A stretch of 64,000 nucleotides of DNA from Felis catus. Lineage: Eukaryota. Both the position numbers and the translations under genes were made by a program. How positions within the stretch are numbered: position 1 is the first letter of the stretch; the number at the start of each line of letters is the position of its first letter. The notes beneath the pieces are model-generated. The model was not told the origin of the DNA and did no database searches. It worked only from the letters and a program-made list of their open reading frames with translations. Positions 26,346-38,392 of this stretch are shown in pieces. The stretch is from assembly GCF_018350175.1 (NCBI RefSeq), contig NC_058368.1:132558001-132622000 (forward strand), written 5' to 3'.

Positions 26346-26553
26346 GGGGCTCCTGAGCGCCCAGTCGGTTAAGTGTCCAACTTCAGCTCAGATCATGATC
26401 TCGAGGTCTGTGAGTTCAAGTCCCATGTGCGGCTCTGTGCTGACAGCTCAGAGCCTGGAGCCTGCTTTGGATTCTGTGTCTTCTTCTCTGTCTGCCCCTC
26501 TCTCGCTTTTGCTCTCTCTCTCAAAAATAAATAAAAACATTTTTTAAAAAAAG
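26346..26553 (+). mobile_element. CanSINE in the putative TRAPPC13 3' UTR
   Basis: TSD attgtaaacaacttt. Confidence 0.88.
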
Positions 26554-26737
26554 ATTGTAAACAACTTTTCAACATGAATATAGTAAGTTTCAATATTTTG
26601 TAAGGACAACAAAAGCTTATGCTGTTAAATAAAAACTTATTTTGGTAAGTTGAAATTCAAGAATGTATATAGAATCGCTTAACTGTTAGAGGTATTAAGT
26701 CAAATACAAAAATTTGTTTTTCTTAAATGCATAATTA

Positions 26738-26743
26738 TTTATT
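26738..26743 (-). terminator. Candidate distal poly(A) signal of SGTB
   Basis: tttatt on + equals AATAAA on -, about 3.2 kb downstream of the SGTB stop. Confidence 0.4.
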
Positions 26744-26831
26744 GCCATGACAAATTATTTGGTCCAAAGTGAAAGCTATATTCAGAATGAGATTTGCCCC
26801 TTAAGTTGCACTAATAATGAAATCTGTGCAA

Positions 26832-26837
26832 AATAAA
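26832..26837 (+). terminator. Candidate distal poly(A) signal of TRAPPC13
   Basis: AATAAA in non-repeat sequence followed by GT-rich stretches. Confidence 0.4.
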
Positions 26838-27584
26838 GTAAAAGCAGTGTAAAGTTGAAGTCTGTCTTCCAGAATGAGTAAGACTGATTAAATGATAAGA
26901 CTTGATAGTCACTGTGTATTTTGATTGCTTTTCAAGTATCCTCTCATGACTGAACCTTGTGTTTCATTGTTCCAGATTTTAAAAGTAACATATAATGGTC
27001 TTTTGGAATCTGCTATATAATTTGATCTAATTATAAACTCTCTTTTTATGATAAACATCGTCCATTCCTTAAGTAAAGGTTAGATAACGTCATCTTGGAA
27101 GGGATCTGTTTAAATCATATTATAAAAATTAGATAAGCAATTTGGTATATTAAATGAAAATGTCATTTGCATAAAAAGGACCTTTTAGGTTTTACATAGC
27201 ATCATAACTGCTATAGCTACAACAATGAAATGTGGTTAATGGAAGCCAGTCATTCCTAAGGGGAATGTATATAAAGATTCAATGTTTTCTTGTTCCACAC
27301 CAGCCAGCATAGTATTTGGGGCATTCCTTATCATTTCTTAGCATAGTCCAACTACACAAAACTTTCTTGAAATAATTTGCAATGCAATGATTCCAAAGTG
27401 ATGAAGGTATCTGGAGAGCAAAAATCCAGGTAAGTGGACAGATACTTACAGTGAATTTGTTATAGGTGGTATAACAGCCAAGAAACAGATCAGAAAGTTG
27501 AAATGGAAGAAGTACACCAGCTCTTCATGTAAAAGAATGGCTGTCCCAGCTAAAGATATTAGCAAATCAAGACATTGTTTTAAA

Positions 27585-28002
27585 ATGGTTTTCCTTATAA
27601 TGCCTTGGTCTGATTTTGGTATCAGAGTAATAGTAATAGCTAAATAAAATGAGTCAGAAGTGTTTTCTCTTTTTCTGTTTTCTGATAGTGTAGAATTGAT
27701 AGTATTGCTTCCATTAAGTGTTTGGCAAAATTTACCATTGGAATCATCTGGGCCTATAGCTTGCTCTGCTGGGGGATTTATCTACTTCCTTACTGAGCTT
27801 TGGTAGCTTTTATCTTACAGGGAATTTGTGTGTTTAATGTAAGTTGTCCAATATATAGGCCTAGAGTTGGTCACTGTATTTTCTGATTACCCTTTAAAGT
27901 CTGGAGGGCTGCAGTGATATTCCCTCTTTCACTTTTGGTACTGTTGATTTGCATTTTCTCGATTTTCATAGTCAACTAAAGGCTTACCAGTTTTACTGAT
28001 CT
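27585..28002 (-). mobile_element. Old L1 ORF2 fragment within the putative SGTB 3' UTR
   Basis: ttttggtatcagagtaatag...atctgggcct...ccagttttactgatct, typical antisense L1 ORF2 motifs. Confidence 0.65.
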
Positions 28003-28071
28003 AAAAGCATTTTAATATACTCAAGATAGTTTTGCTAGAAACTTTCTCTTACCACTGGATAAGAGTAGCTA

Positions 28072-28170
28072 TTTTTAATTAAGTAAGCTCTATACCCAAC
28101 ATGGGGCTTGAACTCATGATCCTGAGATCAAGAGTCACATGCTGTAGGGACTCAGCCAGCCAAGTACCCC
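28072..28170 (-). mobile_element. Short CanSINE in the putative SGTB 3' UTR
   Basis: TSD aagagtagcta. Confidence 0.82.
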
Positions 28171-29982
28171 AAGAGTAGCTAATTTTTAATTGTGGATCAG
28201 GTTTCACTTTTGTTTTCAGCACAGTCCTTTCATGTGAATAGTTAGTACTTCATTCTGTATTATGCTTGAACACTAGGAGTTGAATTTAACCTCATGAACA
28301 ATAAAGTTGGTTTAAATGGAATACAGGATATTGAATTCAGAGGGCCTAAAATTTAAGTCCTGCTCTTCTCTGGCCAGACTGTAGATTCCTATGGGTTTTC
28401 CCTGTAAGCTGAGCACAGGCAGTGAGGTATTTGCTGGTCTGAGGAGAAATCTCTAACTTACCGTTACTCTAAATTAGAGTCCTTAGACCTACATCAGAAC
28501 CGTGTAGGATGCTGTTTAAAATGGTGATTCCTAGGCATTACTATAGGACCTATTAAATAAAAATGGAAAGTGTGGCTCTGGATCTGCATTTTTAATTCTT
28601 ACAGTGAAATTACAGAACCACTGTTCTAATCTCACAAGAGGAAAGAAAGGAAGAGTTAATTTTTAACCTTGTAGATACCACATTATTAGTCTTTTGAGGA
28701 GAACAGTTATAGTAAGGCCTTCATCATCATAAGTATTACTGAGTTAATTTTATATTAGTTAATTTTTCAGTTTTCTCTCACAACACTTGTGAAATGATTA
28801 TTTGTTCACCCAACTTTACCAATTTCATAATTAACAAAAATTCCAGTTAAAATGGTCTCTCATCACTGTAGAGTCATGCCATTAATACTTAATGCCATAT
28901 CTCTTCATTAACTACTATGATCTGATGTCCATAAAATATTTTAAGTCCCCTGTTATGTTTACATTGCATCAAATTAAGATGAAGCATAAAAGCAACATGC
29001 CAAGCCAAATTATAGCAAAGGTTTATATGAACAAGCAATGTTAGTGATAGAAGCTTTTTATAAGCCATCAAATAATTAGGTTTAAAAAATCAGTATTTAT
29101 AGGCACATAATTAAATGCCACTTAGAAAATCCTTAACTTGAGAATCAAACCACTGGCTTATTTAAATGTAAATATATTTAAGAGTTTCCATGGTAAGGTC
29201 ACCATTAGGGAAATTGTGCTAGTTAAATTGAATAGTTATACAATGGACCTAACCAGTACCATTAAGGATTTCTAAATGTATTTGATTATGTACTTAGAGT
29301 AATTGGCCATGCTAACGTTATCAAGATCAAACTGCAGGCAAGATTGGTTAAGAACTATGCAAACAACCTGAACATCCTACTTTCACCTTCTGTACATTCA
29401 CAGCATCTATTTTTCATTTCAAAACAGCACTTGCACCAAATGCTGCTTCTCACCAGCTCTTAGTATTCCTTGTTCCGCATCAGAGCAAGCAGCATTAAGG
29501 ACAGTACTGGCCCTGTGATAGATATTCAGTACTGATAGCACTATCAGAGCTAAAACTAGGCAACAAATTTCTTCTCTCCAAACATGCTGTTCCATGGCTG
29601 TATATTTCTCCTGAATCAGCATGAGAAACCTTTCCTCTTGGTCATCCCCATCTTTCAAAAAAGTCTGCTTAAGGGAATTTGGAGCTAGAGAACTTGCCAA
29701 TACACAGCGCTACTGTTCAATAAATATACTCTGCTATTAGGTCTAATATACAAATATGATGATGATGATTTGATTTGAAAATGGAACCCTGTTCAGTACT
29801 ATACTGGCACTCAACAGGGCTAGTGATCATTTGTTTACAAAGGAGTCATGTTCAAGTCTGTTTATGATAAACCTATCATCTAGACAGATTGATTCTTTAG
29901 GTGTCTTTGTTTTGGCCACTATCTACAGCAAACATTTAAGAGCCATAATCATTTGTGCTCTGGGCTAGGGTCCCTGGTCAAG

Positions 29983-30094
29983 TCAGGAATGTTCTTCAGT
30001 ACTGCTGCTGAATGATCTGCTCCGGATGTGATTTCTAAGTTGCTCTATAAGTTCAGGATTCTGTTGCTGTATCTGCTGAGCAAACTGCTGTCCC
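29983..30094 (-). CDS. SGTB: SGTB last coding exon (GQQFAQQIQQQNPELIEQLRNHIRSRSFSSSTEEHS*)
   Basis: ctacag acceptor on -, TGA at 29985-29983; Q-rich SGT C-terminus. Confidence 0.95.
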
Positions 30095-30636
30095 CTGTAG
30101 TAAAGAGGCAAAGTGGTATGAATTAGGAATTTCCAGTCACATAATACCCATGCAAAAAGAACTGCAGAGGATGTGGGTATTACTCAGAGGGAACCTTTTC
30201 TATAAAAACAACTTTTAGAATCATGGCTTTAGTATCTTCAAGTTTACCAATGCCTCCATATAGCATTATTACAGCACAGTGTTCTTTATAAGGAACAAAA
30301 CACCCATGCTAAAAAGTGACTCCCTGAAATGCATATAATCCACACGACAAATAAGCTAACGGCTGAAAAGTACATGCTTTCATTGTATGTGCTCAAATAC
30401 AAGGCAAGGAATTTCTCTTGTCATCAGGTATGATAGGTGTCATACCCATTCTGGTCACCTGTATGTCACCTAAGAGAACTGATTTTTACAAAGGCAAAGA
30501 AATGTAATACAAATTCCTGAGTGTGTAACCCTCAATTACAAGTGTTACATATCACTATAATCATGCCACTTAAAGATCACTGTAAAAATGCAATATTCTA
30601 AGGGGTAACATGGTTGTGATCAAAAAAGGAAATGCT

Positions 30637-30762
30637 CTGAGGGTTGATGGGAGGTGGGAGGGAGGGGAGGGTGGGTGATGGGTATTGAGGAGGGCACCTT
30701 TTGGGATGAGCACTGGGTGTCGTATGGAAACCAATTTGACAATAAATATCATATATTGAAAA
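30637..30762 (+). mobile_element. Heavily 5'-truncated felid L1 3' terminus
   Basis: G-rich tract, aataaa and A tail; TSD aaaaaaggaaatgct at 30622-30636 and 30763-30777. Confidence 0.85.
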
Positions 30763-30855
30763 AAAAAAGGAAATGCTATTTGTGTCTTCATATAACATTT
30801 CCAGTGACAACATGACACACAGATTGAAAAATCAATTCAAAGAGTAGAGTATCTT

Positions 30856-31052
30856 GGGGCACCTGGGTGGCTCGGTCGCTTAAGCATCCAACTCTTGATT
30901 TCAGCTTAGGCCATGAATGCACGGTTTGGGAGATCGAGCCTCAACTGAGCTCTGTGCTGACAGAGCCTGCTTGAGATTGTCTCTCTCTCTGCCCCTCCCT
31001 CACTCACATGCTTGCTCTATCTCAAAATACATAAATAAACACTAAAAAAAAA
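30856..31052 (+). mobile_element. CanSINE
   Basis: ggggcacctgggtggctcgg head, A tail. Confidence 0.85.
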
Positions 31053-31492
31053 GTAACTTGGGTGGAAGTGAAGGTAGTGTGCTCAAGTAACGAGAAGATG
31101 CAAAAAGTATCTTTAGTGATGACATATGCACTGAAAAGTTCAAATGAAATGGTTTCCTACATTGTTGGAACATTAATATATGTAATATGTGATTTTTAGA
31201 TACACCTAAATTAATAAATTAATATTCTTTAAGTAGATATTTGAATTTCATCTACATCCTTGAGTACCTATTCAAATCTGCCAGAAAACTTTTTCATGGA
31301 TCCAGATCTTCTGGATTTCTGCCCTTCAGTCTGAAAATTCCGATTTATAAACTTCTCTAGATTGCATAACTACTGAGGCCACTGATATGAACAGTGAAAG
31401 AAAATTTTAAAAAGGAAACCCTGGTCCTCTCACTTTAGAGGCAAGCTGTAAAACATAAACTTTTTTACTATTTGTATTTAAGTAACACTTAC

Positions 31493-31576
31493 GCTTGGAT
31501 GAGGCTAGACAGGTCAGTTAGGCCTCCAACTCCAGCAGCAGGTCCCCCAATGGCATTTGTCATCATTCCTGACATT
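31493..31576 (-). CDS. SGTB: SGTB exon 10 (MSGMMTNAIGGPAAGVGGLTDLSSLIQ(A))
   Basis: ttctag acceptor, gtaagt donor on -, 84 nt. Confidence 0.95.
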
Positions 31577-31800
31577 CTAGAATAGGCAAAAGATAGATCA
31601 CTAGGATTGGTATATATTCTTAACAAGCAGACTAAGGAGAAATCAGCTAAATATACCCGCACTGTGTAGGAAGTCAGGTCAAATGTGCATGGCTATCAGT
31701 TCTAATTGGCATTTATCTATCATTTATCACTTATCATTTTGGCGGTGATGTGCTCAAATTAGGAACCTGGCAGGTAGGTGGAAAGGGAAAATATACTTAC

Positions 31801-31838
31801 AGCTGCTGAACTTGAGGATTCTGCATTAAACTTGCTGC
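31801..31838 (-). CDS. SGTB: SGTB exon 9 (AASLMQNPQVQQ(L))
   Basis: ttccag acceptor, gtaagt donor on -, 38 nt. Confidence 0.93.
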
Positions 31839-32594
31839 CTGGAATTGAAAAGCGGCATTTCCCATTAAAGGCAGTTAATATTTATGGGTCTTTAACAAAG
31901 ACTTGGAAAAAAAAGAATGAAAGCAAAACCAGAATATAGTAACATTTTCTAGAGTTTTAGCATACTCAACGAAGTGGGAATGTAAAAAATAGAGAAGTAC
32001 TAGAAAAAATGGCAGTGAAAGTATATTGCAAGGATAAAGAGGTTACACACACTATAATAAACTAAGCAGTTTACTTCCTACTACTGACCAGATCAATAAA
32101 GCCAACAGGAAAAATAAAAACTTTAAAAGTATGGCTAAAGAATCTTCTACCCTTGAGGGTCTCCTTCAAAAGAGGACTCTAGGAGATGTGACCTTGCTCC
32201 ATGGGGCTCAGCAGTATTAATCATTCCTGTGCTTACAGTAGGAGGAGAATTCTATTCATTCATGCATTCACTTGTATAACTTTTCGTTTTGAAAGCATAA
32301 CAATTTTTTTTTGCCTCAAATTTGTTCCATCAACAATGTTCACGTAAAATTTAAATGGAGTCTAAATCTTTGTAGACAGTAATTTTTCATTCACTGACCC
32401 TAAACAAGGTGTTGGGAGAAGCCATCACGTGCTCTCATTACCATAAAGAGAACTATTTGACTTGCCAACAATTCAATAACTCTCCTCAAGTTTCAGGATT
32501 GGTGCTTCTGGTACCAACGCATGAGTGCTATGGACATTACGCAGGAAAACCAGGATTTATAAGCTATAAATATAAAGCATTTCATTTCACAATC

Positions 32595-32813
32595 TTTTTT
32601 TTTTTTTTTTTTTTTTTAGTTTATTTTGATAGAGAGCAAGATAGAGCATGAGTGGGAGAAGGGCACAGAGAGACAGAGAGAGAGAATCCCAAGCAGGCTT
32701 TGTGCTGTTAGCACAAAGCCTGATGTGGGGTTCTAACTCAAAAACCGTGAGATCATGACCTGAGCTGAAATCAAGAGTCAAATGCTTAACTGAACGAGAC
32801 ACCCAGGTGCTCC
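32595..32813 (-). mobile_element. CanSINE
   Basis: Long poly-T, reverse head. Confidence 0.87.
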
Positions 32814-33453
32814 TTTCACAGACCTTTTTATCTGATTCTGCAAAAGCAGTTCACCCTCTTCTAGTTTCTGGGACGTAGAAGAGATACAGAGGAGATGCTA
32901 GAGCTTTTCTGGCCACTTTGAAGTATGCAGTCCTCTAGTCACTCTAAGGTAGAAAACAACCTCCGGAATTCACTTCTTGCTCACTGCAATAACCAAATGC
33001 ATAAAATTCATTTACAGGCAAAACGTTTCACCTCCCAAACGTGGGCCTACTAGAGGTGGGCCAATTGCCTGCTCTTTTTTCACCACAGTGCCTCTATGCC
33101 TCTTCTCCCAGCTTGTTAGGCAAGAGTCCTGGCTCTGTGGGAAGGAAGAGAGTCACAGGTGCAGGCAAATTCTTTGATGACTGGTACTAGCTCAGTGGTT
33201 CTGCACCTGTGCTCAGTGGGTGTGCAAGTTGTTTAAAACTACTCTGGTTCTCTATAGTGGCACTTTTGAGGTCCTGCAGAAACTTCCCCCACCCCCACCG
33301 ATCTGGGCATTTCTCGTCCATTCTCTGAAAAAGGTAATTAACTTTCTGGAAGGACAGTATGAAGAACACTATAGTCCCAGGTTCTTCACAGCCCTCTAGT
33401 CCTGAGGCTCTGTATTGGAAACCTTTCTGGGCAGATTCACACAGGACTATCTT

Positions 33454-33686
33454 TTAAATTTTTTTTTTTTAATTTTTTTTTTTCAACGTTTATTTATTTC
33501 TGGGACAGAGAGAGACAGAGCATGAACGGGGAAGGGGCAGAGAGAGAGGGAGACACAGAATCGGAAACAGGCTCCAGGCTCTGAGCCATCAGCCCAGAGC
33601 CTGACGCGGGGCTCGAACTCACAGACCGCGAGATCGTGACCTGGCTGAAGTCGGACGCTCAACCGACTGCGCCACCCAGGCGCCCC
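33454..33686 (-). mobile_element. Young SINEC_Fc-type CanSINE
   Basis: CpG-rich; perfect TSD cacacaggactatctt (33438-33453, 33687-33702). Confidence 0.93.
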
Positions 33687-35107
33687 CACACAGGACTATC
33701 TTATGAGCACATGTGCTCACCTTGGTCCACAGGAAACACATCTCCCCTCCACTGGCTTCAGTACAGTTACTTCCTAAACCATACAGCCTTCTTTAGCTGG
33801 CATGTCAGACCCCCGTCTACTGTCTTCCAAACTGAGGGCCATTTAGAAAGCTCTCTAAGAAGGCCAGAAAAGCCTTTTCTCTGTGGGCTAGAGAGGAAGG
33901 CAGCCCTTTACTTCCCTCATACATGAAAAAGCGCTTTGTAACTTCAATAGCTTTTCTCCAAAAAGCCTGACTCTCTATCAACCTGACTCTTTATACAAGT
34001 CACGCAGTATGTTTTTTACCCGCACCTTTTGCAACACTTCACTTTTGGTGCACAGCGTCTCGAGGGCTAAACCAAATCTGAAAGTATAAGAAATCCATTT
34101 TCACATCCTGCTACAAGAGCATAGCCCGACACCCGCAAATGAGTAACAATGCTTAAAAATGTCACAAAACCTACAAAGAGACATATAATTGTTGACATGT
34201 AAACCGGAAGACCAACTTAAATTTGATGGGCTCAATCCTGAGACTTGAAGAGAGTTCCTGAATTATTTGCAAGTCGTAATTAACTACTGTCTACAAAGAT
34301 TTCAACTACCAATTGCTACAAACCTACTAAATGTTCAAAAGACTTCTTTAACTCACTGGGAATGAGCCTCCATGCCTTTCAATTCAAATGAAGATTTTTG
34401 TGGATGCATGACAACATTTTTTGAAGGAACCAAAGGTGAATACAAGTAGTACCGCGCCCTTCCAAGGGCATGGCATGTGGTGGAATGAATGATTCTCAGC
34501 CAGAAATATTACAGATTACCCAGGTAATATCCCTGACCCATGAAATCAGAGTTTCCACATTTTGGACCAGAACATATATGTTTTCAAAAAGATCCATGAG
34601 TGATTTTGTTGTTTTGTAGGATGAAGTACATACAAAGGAGAATTATACTAAAAGTTCAAATAAACTCTTATGAAAGGAAGGAAGCAGGCCATGTTGAGTG
34701 AGAGGAGAGCTTAGGGAACCACCACAGCCAAACTCCTAAGATCAGACCTCCATTATTAGGGATCTTCCTAAGGCCACTTTCATGTAAAAGAGTTGTTTTT
34801 AATCTTTTGTATATTTGCAGACCCCTTCACCAATCAGATGAAAAAAAACAGTTCTCTCTAGAAAAATGCATATACGTACATGTATACAAATTTTTATATA
34901 CAATTTCAGGGAATCCATGGGCTTCCTAAAGTCCATCCATGGCTTTCTCATAAAGAGATCCATACCTGAGCCGGAGCATTATATGACCATTCTACTGCTG
35001 TTACCCCCACCACCTCTACAAAAGCTCCCCTATTTGTTTCTTCAAGTTTGGGAACCATATAACTCTATGGAAAACAGCCAGCAGAGCAGAAAAGGAAATA
35101 TACTCAC

Positions 35108-35170
35108 CATACTAATGAAGGCTGGATTATTTATTAAGCTAGCCATGTCAAAGCTCAATCCAGTTCCTGT
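35108..35170 (-). CDS. SGTB: SGTB exon 8 (TGTGLSFDMASLINNPAFISM)
   Basis: ttacag acceptor, gtgagt donor on -, 63 nt; preceded by a 104-nt intron. Confidence 0.95.
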
Positions 35171-35274
35171 CTGTAAAACAATTATATCTGAGAATTATTC
35201 TAACCACTAAAATTTGATTCTAATAAATTGTGAATGAGAGAAAATATTTCCCTCATTTGGCATTAATAACTTAC

Positions 35275-35413
35275 AGGACTAGATACCTCTCTTAACTTCT
35301 GTTCTGCTATTTTCAGATTTGACTTGTAAGAATCATTTTCAGGGTCAAGATCTAATGCCTTTTGATAACTTGTAACTGCTTCTTCGAATTTATTTATGGC
35401 AGTGAGGGCCAGT
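35275..35413 (-). CDS. SGTB: SGTB exon 7, TPR3 region ([46 protein letters not shown])
   Basis: ttttcag acceptor, gtaagt donor; within ORF 35263..35454. Confidence 0.96.
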
Positions 35414-35882
35414 CTGAAAAGAATACAATATAAGATATGATTAAAGAACATCACAAAGAAACATCTGTCTCAGTATTCAATGTGAATCCAGACTACACAT
35501 TTAATTTATTCACTGTACTATGATTCACAGAAGTATCACTAAAATTCCTTCTAATTCCAAGATTCATAAGTCTGGACTTTATCTATTCTGCTTGCTGACA
35601 AACGTGGCTGTCCTATGAATCATGAATTTAATGCTTAGAAATGACTCTTACCTACCCTTCCAATTTTAAGCCTAATATGTGAAGTAATTTACCTTATGAA
35701 TGATAAAGCTCCACAAAGAAGAGAGCTAACAATCCTGTGGCCATTTTAACTCCATGAAGCTAAAACCATTTCAAGAACTCTGAACTAGATTTATGCTTCC
35801 TAATGTCCCACTTTCTTCCTTCTTCCTAGCAGGGACCCTGAGCCACAATAAATATCAATTTGCCATTAAAAAAGTAAAAATA

Positions 35883-36125
35883 GGGGCTCCTGGGTGGCTC
35901 AGTCGGTTAAACGTTCAACTTCGGCTCAGGTTGTGATCTCGCAGTTCCTGAGTTCGAGCTGTCACAGCGGGCTCTGTGCGGACAGCTCAGAGCCTGGATC
36001 CTGCTTCAGATTCTGTGTCTTCCTCTCTCTCTGCCCCTTCCCTACTCATGCTCTCTCAAAAATAAATAAACATTAAAATAAACTTTTTTTAATTAAAAAA
36101 AATAAATAGAAATAAAAATAAAAAA
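35883..36125 (+). mobile_element. CanSINE
   Basis: Head, CT tract, A-rich tail. Confidence 0.87.
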
Positions 36126-37409
36126 TAAAATTGGGTTATGAGGTATCAGCAAGCTTCTCCTGAACAAGGCATGTTTATTGTCAAGTAAATAAAATTAGCA
36201 CCCTTTACAACTCAACACATATCCCAGGCACAGATCAAAGAGTTAGTTACTAAATTTTTATATTTTCGCTACCTAGTTAGTAGAATTTATTTATCAGACA
36301 ATTACTTCAGAACTACATAATAATGGTGTATATGGAGAGAAAGTACTGAGGTTTTTTATTTGTTCTATGTTCATTTTTAATAAATTACCCCAATTCTTTC
36401 TTGGACGACTTGCCTCCCAGACTTCTGATCTAGACAGAATACAGGGCCTAACAAAGAAAAGTTCTCAGAACCTAATTTGTTTTCTACTTGTCAACCATGA
36501 AAGATATGTCATCAGAGTCCTCAACTAATCAACAGTCAATAAGTATTTATTGAAATCCTACTGCATACCAGAGACTACTTTATAGTTCACAATGAGAAAG
36601 GAAAAGTCCTTGAGTTTAAGAAAATTTCATCCTCCCTGGGAAAATAAGCAATAAACAAACAAAAAAATAGTAATATTAAGGAGAATGAATAGGGGAGCTC
36701 CTCAAAGACAGGCACACTAAAAAGACCTGAGTGATGAGAAGAAGGCAGCCACGTGAAAATCAGAGGAGGGGCATCTAAAGAGAAGACACAGCAAACACAA
36801 TGGCCCTGAGAAGGCTTAAGGAACGGGACAAAAGCTGATGAGGAAGCACAGAAAATAAAGTGTGGAAAGAGATGACATCAGGGAATAATTAGGTGCCAGA
36901 TCATATATGACTGTGGTTTGGAGTCTGGATTTTATTCTGGTTGCAATGGAATGACAGATCTGATCTATGTTTTAAAATGTTCACTCTGGCTTCTCTGCAG
37001 AAGACTGACACGGGTGGGGGTGGAAGGGTAGCAAGGGGACCAGTTATGAAGCTACTGCAATAGCCTATTTAGGAGATGATAATTTGACTAGGGCTATAAA
37101 CAAGACAGCATTGAAGATACATAGTACTGAATATGGAAACCAGAATTGACAGGACTTGCTGATAGAATTAGTTGTGTCAGGTGTAATAAGAATGAAGGAG
37201 ACTCCTAGGCTTTTGACCTGAGCACTGGATATAGGTGAATGATGACACCATTTACTGAGATGGGGAAGATTTAAGAAGGGAACAAAAGTTCTTCTGGGGA
37301 CATGTTAAGCTTTAAATGCCTATTAATATCTAGGTGGAGATGAAAAGTAATTGAATATATGAGTATGGAATTCAGGCATATAACTTAAGAGCTCCATCAA
37401 ACAAAGCTG

Positions 37410-38050
37410 AGTCTCATTAATAACAGTAGTTAAATTCTATAAAGTCACCACAAACACTAAATTAGTAAATAATGAACAACTCCTCCTAGAGGAAATACAG
37501 GGTTGGGATCCTGTGAGCTTTTGGTTACAACATTTTCATCAATAGGTCAAAATATAATCTTATTTTACATGTGTTTCTGTTTAAAGAAACCTTATTTAAT
37601 ATATATTACTGATTCATTAGCAATGAACTAACAGCCAACAGCACTAACTCATTTCTGATCAAGAATTATCTAACACATGTATTTTCTTCATAAGGTGCAT
37701 TCTAGCCTTCTTGTGCTTAGGAACACTAGACAACACTTCAACCTACATTTGGGGGCCAGTGTAAACAGGAAATCAACCACAAAAGGCATAAAAAAGCAAA
37801 AAAAAAAAAAATACAGCACTAAAAAAACTGTGAAAAGGACACTTGTTTACAGCCTAAGAGCTAAAACAAAAAGGCAGAGCTTTATCAGACCTCTGTGGAG
37901 AACTGGCATGATAGACAAGTGACTCAAATTTTTCACCCTTCTGTGAATGACCACCAAAGCACAGTGAGTATTGATTTGGGGGTTGCAAACAAATTGCAGC
38001 ATGTAGGCAAATTCATGAATACAGACTCCATGAATAACGAGTACGGACTT
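37410..38050. mobile_element. MER82-like TcMar-Tigger fossil
   Basis: ctataaagtcaccacaaacactaaattag...ctagaggaaatacaggg...ggcaaattcatgaatacagactccatgaataa. Confidence 0.65.
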
Positions 38051-38279
38051 AAAATGGAATTTAAAAGCATGGCACAGGACAGAATCAGAAGAGAGAACAG
38101 ACAAACGACAGCAGCAGAGAGAAAGCCCTGAAGTACGCCATTATCTAGAGGCAGTAGAGAAGGAAGAAACAGTAAGAGAGACGAGGAAAGAGCATCCAGT
38201 GAAGGAGAAGGAAAACTAGGAAGTATGATGACACAGAAGCAGAGAGAATGAAGTATTTCAAAAATGAGTTAATCATGCT

Positions 38280-38392
38280 GGGGCACCTGGCTGGTTCAGT
38301 CAGAAAAGCATGTGACTCTTGATCTTGGACTCGTGAGTTCAAAGCCCCCATACTGGGTAGAGAGATTACTTAAATAAATATCTTACAAAAAA
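38280..38392 (+). mobile_element. Short CanSINE
   Basis: ggggcacctggctggttcag...agagattacttaaataaa. Confidence 0.8.

Larger units (their letters stand above)
25276..26860 (+). other. TRAPPC13: Putative TRAPPC13 3' UTR (end uncertain)
   Basis: Follows the stop codon; AATAAA at 25917, 26526/26530 (SINE tail), 26628 and 26832. Confidence 0.5.
26720..29982 (-). other. SGTB: Putative long SGTB 3' UTR (end uncertain)
   Basis: Downstream of the SGTB stop up to the - strand AATAAA at 26743-26738. Confidence 0.45.

Noticed and set aside
34866..35210. 114-aa + strand ORF overlapping SGTB exon 8
   Set aside because: Antisense shadow plus intronic sequence; no recognisable homology
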